The translations under genes and the position numbers were made by a program. Positions 27,414 to 38,872 of a DNA stretch of 64,000 nucleotides are shown here, in pieces; the first letter of the stretch is position 1, and every line of letters begins with the position of its first letter. This stretch comes from Acidobacteriaceae bacterium (GTDB lineage Bacteria > Acidobacteriota > Terriglobia > Terriglobales > Acidobacteriaceae), in contig PLFY01000046.1 in NCBI GenBank assembly GCA_003138365.1, positions 2,773 through 66,772 of the forward strand, in the 5' to 3' direction. The notes under the pieces are model-generated. The model made no database searches and was not told the origin of the DNA. It saw nothing but the letters and a program-made list of their open reading frames with translations.

Positions 27414-29270
27414 CTACTGAGGCGGGTCTTCTTCCAGTGTGTCCAAACCTTGCGGCTCGGGCACGCCCATGAATTGCAGTTGATAGAGCCGCTGATAAGT
27501 CGACGATGAGGTCAACAGCTCGTCGTGGGAACCGATCGCGGTAATGCGCCCATCTTCAAGAACGGCAATGCGGCTGGCGCGGCGAATGGTTCCCAGACGA
27601 TGCGCGATGACCAGCACGGTGCGTCCCTGCATCAGGTTGGCCAGCGCGGCCTGCACCAGCGACTCGCTTTCGGCGTCAAGGGCCGAGGTGGCCTCATCGA
27701 GAATCAGAATCGGCGCATCTTTGAGGATGGCGCGGGCAATGGCCAGGCGCTGGCGCTCGCCGCCGGAAAGGCGGAAGCCCTTTTCGCCGATCACTGTGTC
27801 GTAACCCTGCGGCATGCGGAGGATGAAGTCGTGCGCGAGTGCGTTCTGGGCAGCCTGCTGCACGATATCCAACTTGACATCCGGGCGACCGTAGGCGATG
27901 TTGTTGCGCACGGTGTCGTTGAAGAGGATGGTTTCCTGCGTGACCTGGGCAACCTGGCGGCGCAGCGAGCCAAGCGTGAGGTCGCGGATGTCGTGGCCGT
28001 CGATGAGGATTCGTCCCGAGGTCACGTCGAAAAAGCGCGGAATCAGGTTGACCAAGGTCGATTTGCCGGCTCCGCTTGGGCCCACCAGCGCCAACACTTC
28101 GCCGACCCGCATCTGGAGATCGACGTTGTGCAGAATCTGGTGCTCGCCCTTTTCAGTGCTGTAGGAGAAACCCACATTCTCAAACTGGACGGACTGCAGA
28201 AAGCCCTTCAACCTGGCCGCGCGGGGCCGCTCTTTCACGTCGTCCTTGGTATCGAAGAAGGCGAAGATGGACAATGAAGCGCCCATGGCCTGTTGGAAGC
28301 TGTTGTAGAAAGAGGCGAACTTGCGCACCGGGTCGTAGAGCTTGAAGAGCAGGATGATGAAAGCGCCGAAGAGCCCGATGTCCATGCGGCCGTGCTGAAT
28401 CTCATTGCGGCCGACGAGCAGGAGCAGCGCGATGGCCACATAGCCGATGGTGTCCATCAACGGCGAACTGATGGACTGAATGCGCACGCTGCGGAGATTG
28501 GCGCGAAAAAGACGGGTAGCCGCTTTCTTGAAGCGCAGAATCTCCCACAGTTCCGTGTTGAAGGCCTTGACGATGCGATTGCCGGTAACCGTTTCATGCA
28601 GGATGTTCTGAATCTCGGCCAGCTTGTCCTGCCCGGTGCGGGTGCGGGTGCGGACTTCCCTGCCGATTTTGCGTGCGGAGGTAACCACGACAGGAACGAA
28701 CAGAAGCAACGCCCAACTGAGATGGCCGCCCAGGCGGATCACGAGCACCATCCCCACCAGAAAGGTAAAGAATTGCTGCAGGAATTCGCCGATCACCGAG
28801 CTGACCGCGGTTTGCACTTTATCCACATCGTTGATGAGCGTGGAAAGGATAGTGCCCGTGGCGTGCTTGTGAAAGAAGCTGGAGGAGCGGCGCAGAGTGG
28901 CTTCGTAAAGACTGTTACGCAGATCCGTGATCATGCCGAAGCCGGCATAGTTGACCAGGTAGGTGCCCAGATAGTCGCAGAGGCCTTTGACGATGGTGGA
29001 GGCTATCAGAGCAAAGGCCACCACCGTCCAGGCATTGTGCATGAAGTGGGGAACCAGAATGCGCAGGTCGAAGTGCCATTGAGATTTGGGCAGGCCGAGA
29101 GTGATGGGGCCGTCGGGAGCCTTGGGGTCGAGGACATTATTGAGGATGGGCTGGAACAGGAGGGTGCGAAAGTTGTCGAGCAGGCCGACCATGGCCAGCA
29201 ACAACACGCCGGGCAGGATGTGCAGCACGTAGGGAAGTCCGTAGCGCAGGAGGCGCAGGAAATTCTTCAT
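27414..29270 (-). CDS. MsbA-like ABC exporter (transmembrane + nucleotide-binding domains)
   Basis: GPSGAGKST, LSGGERQR, ILILDEATSALD and IAHRL motifs; located among LPS genes. Confidence 0.9.
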   Translation of the reverse strand: MKNFLRLLRYGLPYVLHILPGVLLLAMVGLLDNFRTLLFQPILNNVLDPKAPDGPITLGLPKSQWHFDLRILVPHFMHNAWTVVAFALIASTIVKGLCDYLGTYLVNYAGFGMITDLRNSLYEATLRRSSSFFHKHATGTILSTLINDVDKVQTAVSSVIGEFLQQFFTFLVGMVLVIRLGGHLSWALLLFVPVVVTSARKIGREVRTRTRTGQDKLAEIQNILHETVTGNRIVKAFNTELWEILRFKKAATRLFRANLRSVRIQSISSPLMDTIGYVAIALLLLVGRNEIQHGRMDIGLFGAFIILLFKLYDPVRKFASFYNSFQQAMGASLSIFAFFDTKDDVKERPRAARLKGFLQSVQFENVGFSYSTEKGEHQILHNVDLQMRVGEVLALVGPSGAGKSTLVNLIPRFFDVTSGRILIDGHDIRDLTLGSLRRQVAQVTQETILFNDTVRNNIAYGRPDVKLDIVQQAAQNALAHDFILRMPQGYDTVIGEKGFRLSGGERQRLAIARAILKDAPILILDEATSALDAESESLVQAALANLMQGRTVLVIAHRLGTIRRASRIAVLEDGRITAIGSHDELLTSSSTYQRLYQLQFMGVPEPQGLDTLEEDPPQ

Positions 29271-29381
29271 GCTGGTTTGACCGCCTCGCGGCCGCATGAC
29301 TCGGGGAGGAGCCATGAGGACTGGGTAAAAATCTCCATCCCCGTATTGTATCCGGCGGACGCTGGCTGAGCCGATGGCGCT

Positions 29382-30848
29382 CTAGGTGCCCGCGCCCCTG
29401 GCGATGAGGCGGGTGGTGGAGAAGCCTTCGACGATGGGGACGATTTTGACCTGTCCGCCCCAGGACAGGACTTCGCTGGCGCCGACCACGGTCTCCACGC
29501 CGTAGTCGCCGCCCTTGACGATGACGTCGGGCCGCGTGGCTACGATGTGTTCCAGCGGCGTTGGCTCGTCAAAGACCACCACGGCATCGACGGCGGCGAG
29601 CGCCGCCAGTACACGGGCACGTTCGTTCTGGCCCACGATGGGGCGGTTGGGGCCCTTGAGGCCGCTTACGGATGCGTCGCTGTTGATGGCCACGATGAGC
29701 CGGTCGCCGAAGCGTCGAGCCTGCTCGAGTACGGTGATGTGACCCATATGCAGAAGGTCGAAGCAGCCGTTGGTGAAGACTACACGCTCGCCATTGCTCT
29801 TCCACAGCGCCACACGGCTTACCAGTTCCTGGCGCGTGACCACCTTGTCCTCGGCGTGGAGGGCAATGTCCGGAGCCAGCGCAGCCAGCAATTCGTGCTT
29901 CTCCACGGGAACCGTGCCCACCTTGCCCACCACGATGCCGGCGGCAGTATTGGCCAGTTCCACGGCGGTCTCCGGCTTGAGCCCGGAGGCGAGGCACAAC
30001 GCCAGCACCGCGATGACCGTGTCTCCGGCGCCGGAGACATCGAAGACCTGGCGAGCCACGGCAGGTGCGATGAACCGATTGCCGGGCCGCAATAACGCAA
30101 TGCCTTTATCACTTAGGGTTGCGGTGAGGAACTCGATTTCGAGCGCGGGGACCATAGCCTCGGCCGCGTCCAACACGGCATTCAAATCGTGCGCGTCGAG
30201 ATGTGTGGCCGTGGAGAGCTCGCCGAGGTTGGGGCAGATGGTGGTAGCGCCGCGGTAGCGGGCAAAGTCGGCGCTTTTGGGATCGACCAGCACCGGAATC
30301 GCCAGCTTGCGGGCGGCCTGAATCACAAGCTGGCAGACCCCTGGGGTGAGCACTCCCTTGGCGTAATCGGAAAGCACAACGGCATGGCTGCCGGGCAGGT
30401 GCGCAAGCACGGCGGCTACCAGGCGATCGTAGTCGGCCCGTGGACGCGTGCTCAGGCGCTCGCTGTCAAGGCGCAGCATTTGCTGCCGGCCGCCCAGAAT
30501 GCGGAGCTTGGTGATGGTGGGAAAGCCGTCTGAGACGACGAAATGAGGCGAGATTCCGCTCTTGCGCAGACTCGCGGCGAGCAGCTTTTCGTTCTCGTCG
30601 CCACCGGTAAAACCAATCACCTGTGTGTGTGCGCCCAGGCGCGAGAGGTTCATGGCCACGTTGGCCGCACCGCCAGGCTGCTCGCTCTGGTGGGTAGCGC
30701 GAACCACAGGCACCGGCGCCTCCGGGGAGATGCGCCCCACGTCGCCCCAGATGTATTTGTCGAGCATCACGTCGCCCACCACCAGCAGGCGCTTGGCGGC
30801 CCATTTGTGCTCGATCTCCTGGATCACTTGGCGCAGTTGCTCGATCAC
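29382..30848 (-). CDS. hldE: Bifunctional heptose 7-phosphate kinase / heptose 1-phosphate adenylyltransferase
   Basis: [25 protein letters not shown] and [13 protein letters not shown] motifs. Confidence 0.96.
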   Translation of the reverse strand: MIEQLRQVIQEIEHKWAAKRLLVVGDVMLDKYIWGDVGRISPEAPVPVVRATHQSEQPGGAANVAMNLSRLGAHTQVIGFTGGDENEKLLAASLRKSGISPHFVVSDGFPTITKLRILGGRQQMLRLDSERLSTRPRADYDRLVAAVLAHLPGSHAVVLSDYAKGVLTPGVCQLVIQAARKLAIPVLVDPKSADFARYRGATTICPNLGELSTATHLDAHDLNAVLDAAEAMVPALEIEFLTATLSDKGIALLRPGNRFIAPAVARQVFDVSGAGDTVIAVLALCLASGLKPETAVELANTAAGIVVGKVGTVPVEKHELLAALAPDIALHAEDKVVTRQELVSRVALWKSNGERVVFTNGCFDLLHMGHITVLEQARRFGDRLIVAINSDASVSGLKGPNRPIVGQNERARVLAALAAVDAVVVFDEPTPLEHIVATRPDVIVKGGDYGVETVVGASEVLSWGGQVKIVPIVEGFSTTRLIARGAGT

Positions 30849-31519
30849 CTCGGTGCCTCCGATTGGACTGCGGCGACTGGCGATTGCGCAGCGGCGACTG
30901 GAGCTGGCGCGGCGGTCTGGGTTCCGGCAGGTTGCGCGCCGATCCAATCCAGTTCGATCCAGTCGCAGAGCATGTGGCCGGCCAGAATGTGGGCCTCCTG
31001 GATGCGCGCAGTATCGCGCGAGGCAACGGCGAAGAGATGATCGGCCAACGCCGCCAGTTTGCCGCCGCCTGCACCGGTAAAGGCTACCGTAACCAACCCC
31101 TGGGAGCGAGCGGCCTCAAGAGCGGCAATCACGTTGCGGCTGTTGCCCGAGGTGGAGATGCCCACGACAAGGTCGCCGGGAACTCCCAGCGCCTCAATCT
31201 GGCGGGAAAATACCGCCTCGAAGCCATAGTCGTTGGCCACCGAGGTCAGGACCGACGAATCCGTGGTGAGCGCCATCGAGGGCAGACCGCGGCGCTCGCG
31301 GCGAAAGCGGCCCACAATCTCGGCGGCCAGATGCTGCGAGTCGCCGGCACTGCCGCCGTTGCCGCACCAGAGAATCTTGCCTCCGGCACGCAGGGTTGCG
31401 GTCATAGCCAGCGCAATCGACTCCAGCACGGGCTGCTGTGCTTCCATCTCGCGCACAACCTCCAGGTGCTCCGCAATGGCCTTCCCGAAGATGCTTGCGG
31501 CATCAGGACTCGTGGACAT
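30845..31519 (-). CDS. gmhA: D-sedoheptulose 7-phosphate isomerase
   Basis: [28 protein letters not shown] and TARIQEAH motifs. Confidence 0.95.
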   Translation of the reverse strand: MSTSPDAASIFGKAIAEHLEVVREMEAQQPVLESIALAMTATLRAGGKILWCGNGGSAGDSQHLAAEIVGRFRRERRGLPSMALTTDSSVLTSVANDYGFEAVFSRQIEALGVPGDLVVGISTSGNSRNVIAALEAARSQGLVTVAFTGAGGGKLAALADHLFAVASRDTARIQEAHILAGHMLCDWIELDWIGAQPAGTQTAAPAPVAAAQSPVAAVQSEAPR

Positions 31520-31631
31520 GACTTCCCTCTCGCTTTCGCTGACAAAACTTCCCTGGGCTTTACTTGCTGGGGCCTCACTTGCCGGCGAACTGGCTGGCCA
31601 GCGCAAGTCCCTCTGTTGCTATCATAGCGGG

Positions 31632-32267
31632 GTGACCAACGTCCTCAACCCATCGTATCCCGGTCTGGTGCAGACGGTGTTCCTTGACCGGGACGGTGTG
31701 GTGAACGAGAAGATGCCGGAAGGCCGCTACGTGACCTGCTGGAGCGAGTTCCAACTGCTGCCCGGCGCGGTGGAGGCCATCGGCCTGCTCAACCGGGCAG
31801 GGCTGCGGGTGGTGGTGATCTCGAATCAGCGCGGCATTGCGCTGGGACTGTACACGGCTGAGGATGTGCGGACCGTTCACGCGGAGTTCCAGAGGCTGCT
31901 GGAGGCGTTCGGGGCGCACGTGGACGGGTTCTACTTTTGCCCGCACGACAAGGGGCAATGCAACTGCCGCAAGCCGCTGCCGGGGCTCTTCGAACAGGCA
32001 GTGGCAGATTTTCCCGGGATCACCGCGGCAAGCAGCGTGATGATCGGGGACTCGTTGTCGGACATCGACTTTGGGCGGCGGCTGGGGATGGTCACCGCCT
32101 TTATTGATGGCGACCCTGAGCGGCGGAAGCCCGGCGCTGAGGCGGCGCGGGAGCTGGCCGACCTGCGCTATTCGTCTCTGGTTGAGGCGGTGAACGATTT
32201 GCTGGCGAGGAGACACGTTCAAGGCCAGTTGAGTGGAACGATGTGTCTCGGACTGCCCGCGAAATAG
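31632..32267 (+). CDS. gmhB: D,D-heptose 1,7-bisphosphate phosphatase
   Basis: FLDRDGVVN, SNQRG, CPHDKGQCNCRKP and MIGD motifs. Confidence 0.93.
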   Translation: MTNVLNPSYPGLVQTVFLDRDGVVNEKMPEGRYVTCWSEFQLLPGAVEAIGLLNRAGLRVVVISNQRGIALGLYTAEDVRTVHAEFQRLLEAFGAHVDGFYFCPHDKGQCNCRKPLPGLFEQAVADFPGITAASSVMIGDSLSDIDFGRRLGMVTAFIDGDPERRKPGAEAARELADLRYSSLVEAVNDLLARRHVQGQLSGTMCLGLPAK

Positions 32268-32269
32268 CG

Positions 32270-33268
32270 CTAATCCCCGATGGCGTTGAGTGTGGCGTAG
32301 GTCTCGACGATGCCCTCTTCGAGCGGGGTGGGCTCCAGATTGCAGCCAAGTTGGCGCAGGCCGGTGAGATCGGCTTCTGTGAAGTGCTGGTAGCGGCCTT
32401 CCAGATCGGCGGGAAAGGGAATGTACTCGATGGGGACTTCGCCATGCACCGCCATCAGCGCTTTGGCCACATCGTTGAAGGTGCGGCTGACGCCGGAGCC
32501 GGCATTGACCACGCCGCGATAGGTCTTTGGCGCCTCGCCAGGCTTGGGCGCGTAGGGGCCGATTTGGGCGAAGAACATGTTCAGCTGGGCCAGGTCGTGG
32601 ACATAGATGAAATCGCGGCGCTGTTCGCCGTCGCCAAAGCCGCCCGTACCGGCAAAGAGGCGCACCTTGCCGGTTTCCTCCATTTGTTTCGTGAAGTGGT
32701 GAATGACCGAGGCCATGCGCCCCTTGTGCTGCTCGCGCGGCCCGTAGACGTTGAAATAACGGAGGCCGACGGCAGTCATCGGGACCCGGTCCAGAGCGAG
32801 TTGATGGCGAAAGTAGTGGTCGAAGACCAGCTTGGAATAGCCGTAGATATTCAGCGGGCGCTCATTTTCGATGGTGGGCGTGAAGTGCCCTGGGCCGGAT
32901 AGGCCGTAGACCGCCGCAGTGGAAGCGTAAACCAGCGGCGCGCTCTGGCGAATGGCAAAGGCCAACACTTCCTTTGTGTACTGGAAGTTGTTGTCCATCA
33001 TGTAGACGCCGTCGTCCTCAAGCGTGTTGGAGCAGGCGCCCTGATGCAGGATTGCCTCGATCTTGCCTGCAGCCAGCGCATTGTCTCCGATGGCGCGGCG
33101 GAACTCCCGCTTGTCCATGTAGTCCACATAGCGGGCGCCGTGCAGATTCTGGAACTTCTTCACGTTGGCGAAGTTGTCCACCACGAGGATGTCGGTGAGG
33201 CCGTGGGCATTCAGCTCGTGAACCAGATTGCTGCCGATAAAGCCCGCGCCTCCGGTAACGATCAACAT
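32270..33268 (-). CDS. hldD: ADP-L-glycero-D-manno-heptose 6-epimerase
   Basis: GGAGFIGSN, HQGACS, YASTAAVYG, YGYSK, LRYFNVYGPRE.HKG.MASV and RYQHFTEAD motifs. Confidence 0.95.
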   Translation of the reverse strand: MLIVTGGAGFIGSNLVHELNAHGLTDILVVDNFANVKKFQNLHGARYVDYMDKREFRRAIGDNALAAGKIEAILHQGACSNTLEDDGVYMMDNNFQYTKEVLAFAIRQSAPLVYASTAAVYGLSGPGHFTPTIENERPLNIYGYSKLVFDHYFRHQLALDRVPMTAVGLRYFNVYGPREQHKGRMASVIHHFTKQMEETGKVRLFAGTGGFGDGEQRRDFIYVHDLAQLNMFFAQIGPYAPKPGEAPKTYRGVVNAGSGVSRTFNDVAKALMAVHGEVPIEYIPFPADLEGRYQHFTEADLTGLRQLGCNLEPTPLEEGIVETYATLNAIGD

Positions 33269-33315
33269 ATCCTACGGCTCCTCTTGAGCGCTGAGTATCT
33301 ATCCGAGAAACGGCA

Positions 33316-34410
33316 TCAAACAGCGACGATTGCGGGCTTCTCCCCCGCGCGTGCGTTCATTACCCTGCCTGCGGCTACAACCATCTCATCCACGGTGATG
33401 GAGGTGAGGCACCGGCGAGCCTCGACGATGCACGTCTCCAGGTTGCAGCCGTAACAACTGGTTTGATGATAAATGACCTGGTGCTGCGAGCCCGATGGGT
33501 ACCAGATGCCAGGAAGCCCGCGCGCGGAAAAGGCAATCGCGCAGGGAACTCCAACGCTGGCGGCAAGGTGCATCGGCCCGGAGTCAGGCCCGAGAAAGAC
33601 ATGGGCATGTTCGAGTACTGCAGCGGTTTCGCGCGGGGTGAGCCGACCGCAGAGGTTCACCTTGGGGCCGGTCCACTCCTGGGCGGCATACTCGGCCACG
33701 CCAGCGTCTTCTTTGGCGCCGATCAGCGCAAGCCCATGCCGTGGATATTCTGCGTGCAACCTGGTGAGCAGCGATCGCCAGTTTTCCTGTCCCCAGTCCT
33801 TGGCCTGCATCTTGGTGCCAGGGCCGCACACGATCAGGGGCCATTGCGCGAGAGTGCCCAGCGCCGCAGCCGCAGCCTCGCGTTCCGGAGCGGTTAATCC
33901 AAGGCTCCAATTTGCCAACTCTCCAGATCTCGCGTCGCCCAACTCGCCGAGCGAGCGGCTCAGCCGGGAGGCCTCGGACTCGTAGAGCCGGGTCGTGCCG
34001 TCGAAGCGGTGTTCCAGTTCCTCCACTCCGGGCAGCCCGACGAATTGCCGCACACCGGCTACCCGGAAGAAAAGCCGGTCGCGGCGCACTTTCTTCAATG
34101 GGCGCACTGGCATCAGATAGACCAGGACATCGGGGCGGAAGCGGCGAATCTGCCACGCCAGGCGCACCAACTCGCCCACCCGGCGCGTGCCTACTGTGTA
34201 GCGCAGGTAGCCATGGACCAGTCCGGTGTTGCCCAGCACCGCCGCGGAGGCCGGCGCCTTGGCATGGGCGGGAAAGTTGGTGAGCAGAACGCGCTCCGCT
34301 TGTGGAAAGGTGCGCGCAATCAGGTGGAAGCACGGCAACGCGACCACCGTGTCGCCCAGGCTACCCAAACGGTAAATCAGGACCCTTCGAACTGTTAATC
34401 CAGGCTGCAG
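33316..34410 (-). CDS. GT9 (heptosyltransferase-like) glycosyltransferase; possible CTG start
   Basis: RVLIYRLGSLGDTV, LCGRLTPRE and DSGPMHLA motifs. No ATG/GTG/TTG precedes the first strand, but there is a CTG at 34410 behind GGGAG. Confidence 0.88.
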   Translation of the reverse strand: MQPGLTVRRVLIYRLGSLGDTVVALPCFHLIARTFPQAERVLLTNFPAHAKAPASAAVLGNTGLVHGYLRYTVGTRRVGELVRLAWQIRRFRPDVLVYLMPVRPLKKVRRDRLFFRVAGVRQFVGLPGVEELEHRFDGTTRLYESEASRLSRSLGELGDARSGELANWSLGLTAPEREAAAAALGTLAQWPLIVCGPGTKMQAKDWGQENWRSLLTRLHAEYPRHGLALIGAKEDAGVAEYAAQEWTGPKVNLCGRLTPRETAAVLEHAHVFLGPDSGPMHLAASVGVPCAIAFSARGLPGIWYPSGSQHQVIYHQTSCYGCNLETCIVEARRCLTSITVDEMVVAAGRVMNARAGEKPAIVAV

Positions 34411-34612
34411 GCTGCTTCTCCCAAACCTACATCAGCAATCTTCCACTCCAAGGCAAAGGAACAATGACTCAGGGCCGCGTCCATTCTTCCCACTGAAACA
34501 GTCGTCCTGAGCGGAGCCAAAAGCCTGCTGTTGGGTTCCAAGACACTCTCATGAAACCAAGGCAACCGAATCGCAAGGACACTTCATCACGAACCAATTC
34601 TGATGCGGGATC

Positions 34613-36517
34613 TTAAAAACTGATCTTTCTTTCTGGGAACCAAGTGAGTTGGATAGTGGTTGTAGTGACGGTCTGCTGTCCGGGAAGATAGATGGGCGCC
34701 TTATAGTGCTCGTAGGCAAAGTTGCCGTTGACCTCGAAGTCCTTGCCGATGCGCTTGACCACCTTGAAGTTGATGTCGTTCAGGGTCGTTCCGCCGGGAA
34801 TAAAGTCCTTGGCCGCCTTTTGATTGCGGACGCCCACCTCAAACCACTCGTTGCCGCTCAGATGATAGGTGATCCAACCTTGGCCGCCCTTGTCTTCGCG
34901 GCCGATCCAGTCGCCGAACATCTGGCCCGCGTTGGTGTAACCCTGCACCTGAATGGTCTCCCAGTACATGAATTTACCGCCATTACTGGTCGAGACGGGC
35001 GGATCGGTGGAGGCGCCTTCGACGCGCACATCGAGCTTGGGAACGCCCGGGACATGGGACAGATAGATGCCCGGCCTCCAGGAGGCGCGACGGGGCGCGT
35101 CGGCGGGCGAGACATCGTCGTGCACCTCAGAGTCGCAGTAGAGCGTAAGCCACTTGCGCACGAAAGGAAGGCGGTAGGTGAAATCGAATGCGCCAAAGCG
35201 TGCGCCTGGATCCTTGTTACTGAATTTGATCGCGGGTGTGACAGCAGTCAGGCTGAAGAAACTCCTCAGGAAGGACTTGATGGTAATTGCTTCGTGGCCC
35301 TCGCCTCCCCAGATCACGGTGCGCTCGAAGCCGAACTCCAGATCGGGCGTGGGCTTGAAGCTGACCTTCTCGACATGCACCCATGGATCGTTCGGATATT
35401 CGTGCCCCTTCAGGGAGCCGACGAGAAAGTCGTATCGAAATGGCCCGGTAATACGGGAGAGCAGTGGAATGCGCAGCGGCTCAATGCGGTTGATGCGAAA
35501 CGAGTAGATGTTCTCGGCGTTATTGGAATAGGCCATGCCGCCGCCCATACCGGGTCCAAGCCAGTCGTCCTGTTTGCCGAAGGAAATCTCGTGGTTAAGG
35601 TAGTGGGCAGAGGCGTATGCCTCCATCACCCGCGCATCGATGGCCGCCGGTATCGGTCCCAACGGGATGGTCTCCTGGCCGGCTGGCGAGACGGGATAGT
35701 TGTAGTAGGCGGGGTCGTAGGGAGGCGGGAGGTCAATGTTGGAGAGCGTCTGGGCCAGGGCGGTGGAGTAACCGGCAGCCGAGGGTGCACCCTGAAACTC
35801 ACCGCGCACATAGAGCAGGAACCGGCCGGCGGACGCGTAGCCGCTGGCGCCGGAGTAGTTGTTGAAGCCGTTCGAGTAGGGCCGGCCGTAGTCGTTGATG
35901 ACCGTTGAGCCGAGATGAAAGCTGTCGCGGAGAGGCGTGCCGCTGATGGCGCGCGCCACGGAGTAGACCGACTCAATGCGCGAATTGCCCTCATGCACCA
36001 GGCAGGGGCCCTGCATATCGTCGCGCAGTGTGTGAATCAGCGCCTCATAAATATCTTGCGCTTCGTCCGTGGCTGGACCAGCATCCGCGTCCTCGATGCG
36101 CGCGCCGGCCTCTTCCAGCATGTGGTCCACGCTCGAACGCGTCCATGGGCGCATCCCCAGATATGCGCTATCCACAAATCCAAGCGAGAAAAGACGAAGA
36201 ACTGCCGGATAAACCCAACTGTCGACAGGAATGTACGGCGAATCGAGAAGAGAGGGTTCGCAGACCGGCGCCGGACGGCTGGAATCGCGGTGGCCCCACT
36301 GCCACTTCCCTGTTGCCGACGATCCAGCATCTGCCGATTCAGCCGCAGCCGGTCGGGCATCGGCCTGTCCAGACGGAGCCTGTGCAGCCGCAGCCTGTCC
36401 AGATGCGGGTCCAGGTTGTTCGGCCGACACTGCGCTCGCGGTCAACAGCAAAAAGCAGGCCAACCATGCCGCGCTGAAAACCACCGGAGCTTTGGCCCTT
36501 CGGCTGTCCACATTCAT
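34613..36517 (-). CDS. Capsule assembly Wzi-family outer-membrane protein
   Basis: Signal peptide; SPYIPVDSWVYP, FGKQDDWLGPG..G.M.YSNNAE and GARFGAFDF motifs; C-terminal Phe. Confidence 0.85.
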   Translation of the reverse strand: MNVDSRRAKAPVVFSAAWLACFLLLTASAVSAEQPGPASGQAAAAQAPSGQADARPAAAESADAGSSATGKWQWGHRDSSRPAPVCEPSLLDSPYIPVDSWVYPAVLRLFSLGFVDSAYLGMRPWTRSSVDHMLEEAGARIEDADAGPATDEAQDIYEALIHTLRDDMQGPCLVHEGNSRIESVYSVARAISGTPLRDSFHLGSTVINDYGRPYSNGFNNYSGASGYASAGRFLLYVRGEFQGAPSAAGYSTALAQTLSNIDLPPPYDPAYYNYPVSPAGQETIPLGPIPAAIDARVMEAYASAHYLNHEISFGKQDDWLGPGMGGGMAYSNNAENIYSFRINRIEPLRIPLLSRITGPFRYDFLVGSLKGHEYPNDPWVHVEKVSFKPTPDLEFGFERTVIWGGEGHEAITIKSFLRSFFSLTAVTPAIKFSNKDPGARFGAFDFTYRLPFVRKWLTLYCDSEVHDDVSPADAPRRASWRPGIYLSHVPGVPKLDVRVEGASTDPPVSTSNGGKFMYWETIQVQGYTNAGQMFGDWIGREDKGGQGWITYHLSGNEWFEVGVRNQKAAKDFIPGGTTLNDINFKVVKRIGKDFEVNGNFAYEHYKAPIYLPGQQTVTTTTIQLTWFPERKISF

Positions 36518-36645
36518 ACGCTCACTCACTCTCTCGACTCTTGTGCGCACGTCTCATGTTCCAAACGTGGAAAAGGAACCTGACGAACAGATTTGCAGCG
36601 GGAATTCGGAATTCTCCCAGCATGGCGCAGACTTCGTACCCATTT

Positions 36646-37605
36646 TTATGGGGTCAGAGCACTCGATCCGCCCACATTAGAAAGATACCACTGATACGCT
36701 TCCTTCATGCCCGTTTCAAAGTCGGTGGGGGCACTCCAACCGAGGGCGCGCAAGCGGCCGACATCCATCACCTTCCGCGGTGTGCCGTCGGGCTTCGATG
36801 GGTCGAACGTGAAAGTTCCCTTCCAGCCGATGGTGGAAGCAATGCATTGGGCCAGTTCCAAAATCGTCCTATCGACTCCGGTGCCGACATTCAAAAACAT
36901 CTCGCCGGAGTAGTTCTTTATCACGAAGACGCAAGCGTCTGCCAAATCCTCAGAGAACAGGAATTCGCGTCTCGGCGTTCCGCTTCCCCACAATTCGACC
37001 GTTGGGCGGTTCGCGATCCTGGCCGCGTGGATCTTCATAATGAGCGCAGCCACAACATGACCGCCTTCCGCATCGTAACGGTCTCCGGGGCCGTAAAGAT
37101 TGGTCGGCATCACCGAAACAAAATCGCAGCCATATTGGCGTCGAAAGGCCTGGCACAATTTGATGCCGGCAATCTTGGCGATTGCATACCACTCATTGGT
37201 GGGCTCCAACGCGCCTGTCAGGAGCGCCTCTTCACGCATCGGCTGGTCTGCCATGCGCGGATAGATGCAAGACGAGCCAAGGAACAGCAGTTTCTTGACG
37301 CCGGTGCGCCACGCCGCATGGATGATATTGGTTTCGATGGCGAGATTCTCATACAAGAACTCCGCAGGCCGGGTCGCGTTGGCCAGAATGCCACCCACGG
37401 TTGCAGCGGCAAGGAAGACAACATCGATCTTTGCATCCGCCATCCACGCATCAACATCCGCTTGCCGCAACAGATCGAGTTCGCTGCGCGCCGCCGTGAC
37501 AATTTCGCAACTCTCTCGCTGCAAGCGCCGCACAATCGCCGAGCCTGCCATGCCGCGATGCCCGGCGACCCAAACGCGCATGCCGGTCAAGTCGAAGCTA
37601 CTCAT
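36646..37605 (-). CDS. fcl: GDP-L-fucose synthase
   Basis: [39 protein letters not shown] and [10 protein letters not shown] motifs. Confidence 0.95.
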   Translation of the reverse strand: MSSFDLTGMRVWVAGHRGMAGSAIVRRLQRESCEIVTAARSELDLLRQADVDAWMADAKIDVVFLAAATVGGILANATRPAEFLYENLAIETNIIHAAWRTGVKKLLFLGSSCIYPRMADQPMREEALLTGALEPTNEWYAIAKIAGIKLCQAFRRQYGCDFVSVMPTNLYGPGDRYDAEGGHVVAALIMKIHAARIANRPTVELWGSGTPRREFLFSEDLADACVFVIKNYSGEMFLNVGTGVDRTILELAQCIASTIGWKGTFTFDPSKPDGTPRKVMDVGRLRALGWSAPTDFETGMKEAYQWYLSNVGGSSALTP

Positions 37606-38668
37606 GACCAAGCTCTCTCATGTGGGCTTCCTTGGCGATGATCTTCAAATCCGAGCCCAACATATCAGAGACCAGTTCGGGAAATGCGACCGTATGCTTC
37701 CACCCCAAAATGCGGTGCGCCTTGGAAGCGTCACCGAGAAGCAGGTCAACCTCGGTGGGGCGGAAATAACGGCTATCGATTCTGACCAGCGGGTGGCCAT
37801 TGGTGGAATCGATGCCGACCTCATCAATGCCGCTGCCCTTCCATTCGATCTTGCGATCGACCAAGGAGAATGCCAGCTCGATGAACTCGCGAACGCTGTG
37901 CGACTCACCCGTTGCGAGAACAAAATCGTCCGGCACTTGTTGCTGCACAATCCGCCACATGCCCTCGACATAATCCCGCGCATGACCCCAGTCGCGCTTG
38001 GAATCGAGATTGCCGATATACAGCATCTTCTGCACGCCCAGATGAATGCTTGCGACCGCGCGAGTAATCTTGCGCGTAACAAACGTTTCTCCGCGGATGG
38101 GGCTTTCGTGATTGAACAGAATTCCGTTCGAAGCATGCATGCCGTAGGCTTCGCGATAGTTTACGGTAATCCAGTAAGCATAGAGCTTGGCGACGCCGTA
38201 GGGACTCCGCGGATAGAATGGCGTGGTTTCTTTCTGCGGAGTCTCCTGAACCTTCCCGTATAACTCAGACGTCGAGGCCTGATAGAACCGCGTCTTTTCG
38301 ACGAGTCCGAGGATCCGGATCGCCTCCAAAATGCGCAATGCGCCAAGAGCGTCGGCATTCGCGGTGTACTCCGGTGTTTCAAAACTGACCTGGACGTGGC
38401 TTTGCGCGGCGAGGTTATAGATCTCGTCCGGCTGCACGGCCTGAATGATGCGGATCAGATTGGTGGAGTCCGTCATGTCTCCATAATGAATCTGGAAGTG
38501 GCTGTCCGGCACATGGGGATCCTGGTAGATATGGTCGATGCGCGCAGTATTGAAAGATGAAGAGCGCCGCTTGATGCCATGCACAAGATAGCCCTTGTCC
38601 AGCAGAAGATCGGCTAGATAAGCGCCGTCTTGCCCCGTAATACCCGTAATGAGAGCAACCTTCCCCAT
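37598..38668 (-). CDS. gmd: GDP-mannose 4,6-dehydratase
   Basis: [42 protein letters not shown] and RDWGHA motifs. Confidence 0.97.
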   Translation of the reverse strand: MGKVALITGITGQDGAYLADLLLDKGYLVHGIKRRSSSFNTARIDHIYQDPHVPDSHFQIHYGDMTDSTNLIRIIQAVQPDEIYNLAAQSHVQVSFETPEYTANADALGALRILEAIRILGLVEKTRFYQASTSELYGKVQETPQKETTPFYPRSPYGVAKLYAYWITVNYREAYGMHASNGILFNHESPIRGETFVTRKITRAVASIHLGVQKMLYIGNLDSKRDWGHARDYVEGMWRIVQQQVPDDFVLATGESHSVREFIELAFSLVDRKIEWKGSGIDEVGIDSTNGHPLVRIDSRYFRPTEVDLLLGDASKAHRILGWKHTVAFPELVSDMLGSDLKIIAKEAHMRELGHE

Positions 38669-38872
38669 GAATGTGCCTCGTTGAATGGATTTGTTGAGCG
38701 GCAAAGAGATGCCCTCTCATGGGCATATGCCTTCGCACGTGAGGTCGCGGCTACTGCCGCTGCAACGATGTGGAGATCAAACTGAAAAGCGCCACGGCAG
38801 GCACTTATAGTCTAGAGCATGGCTCGACGAGCCTTCACAATTGCGTGGCGTATTGGCCCACGCTGAACATGC

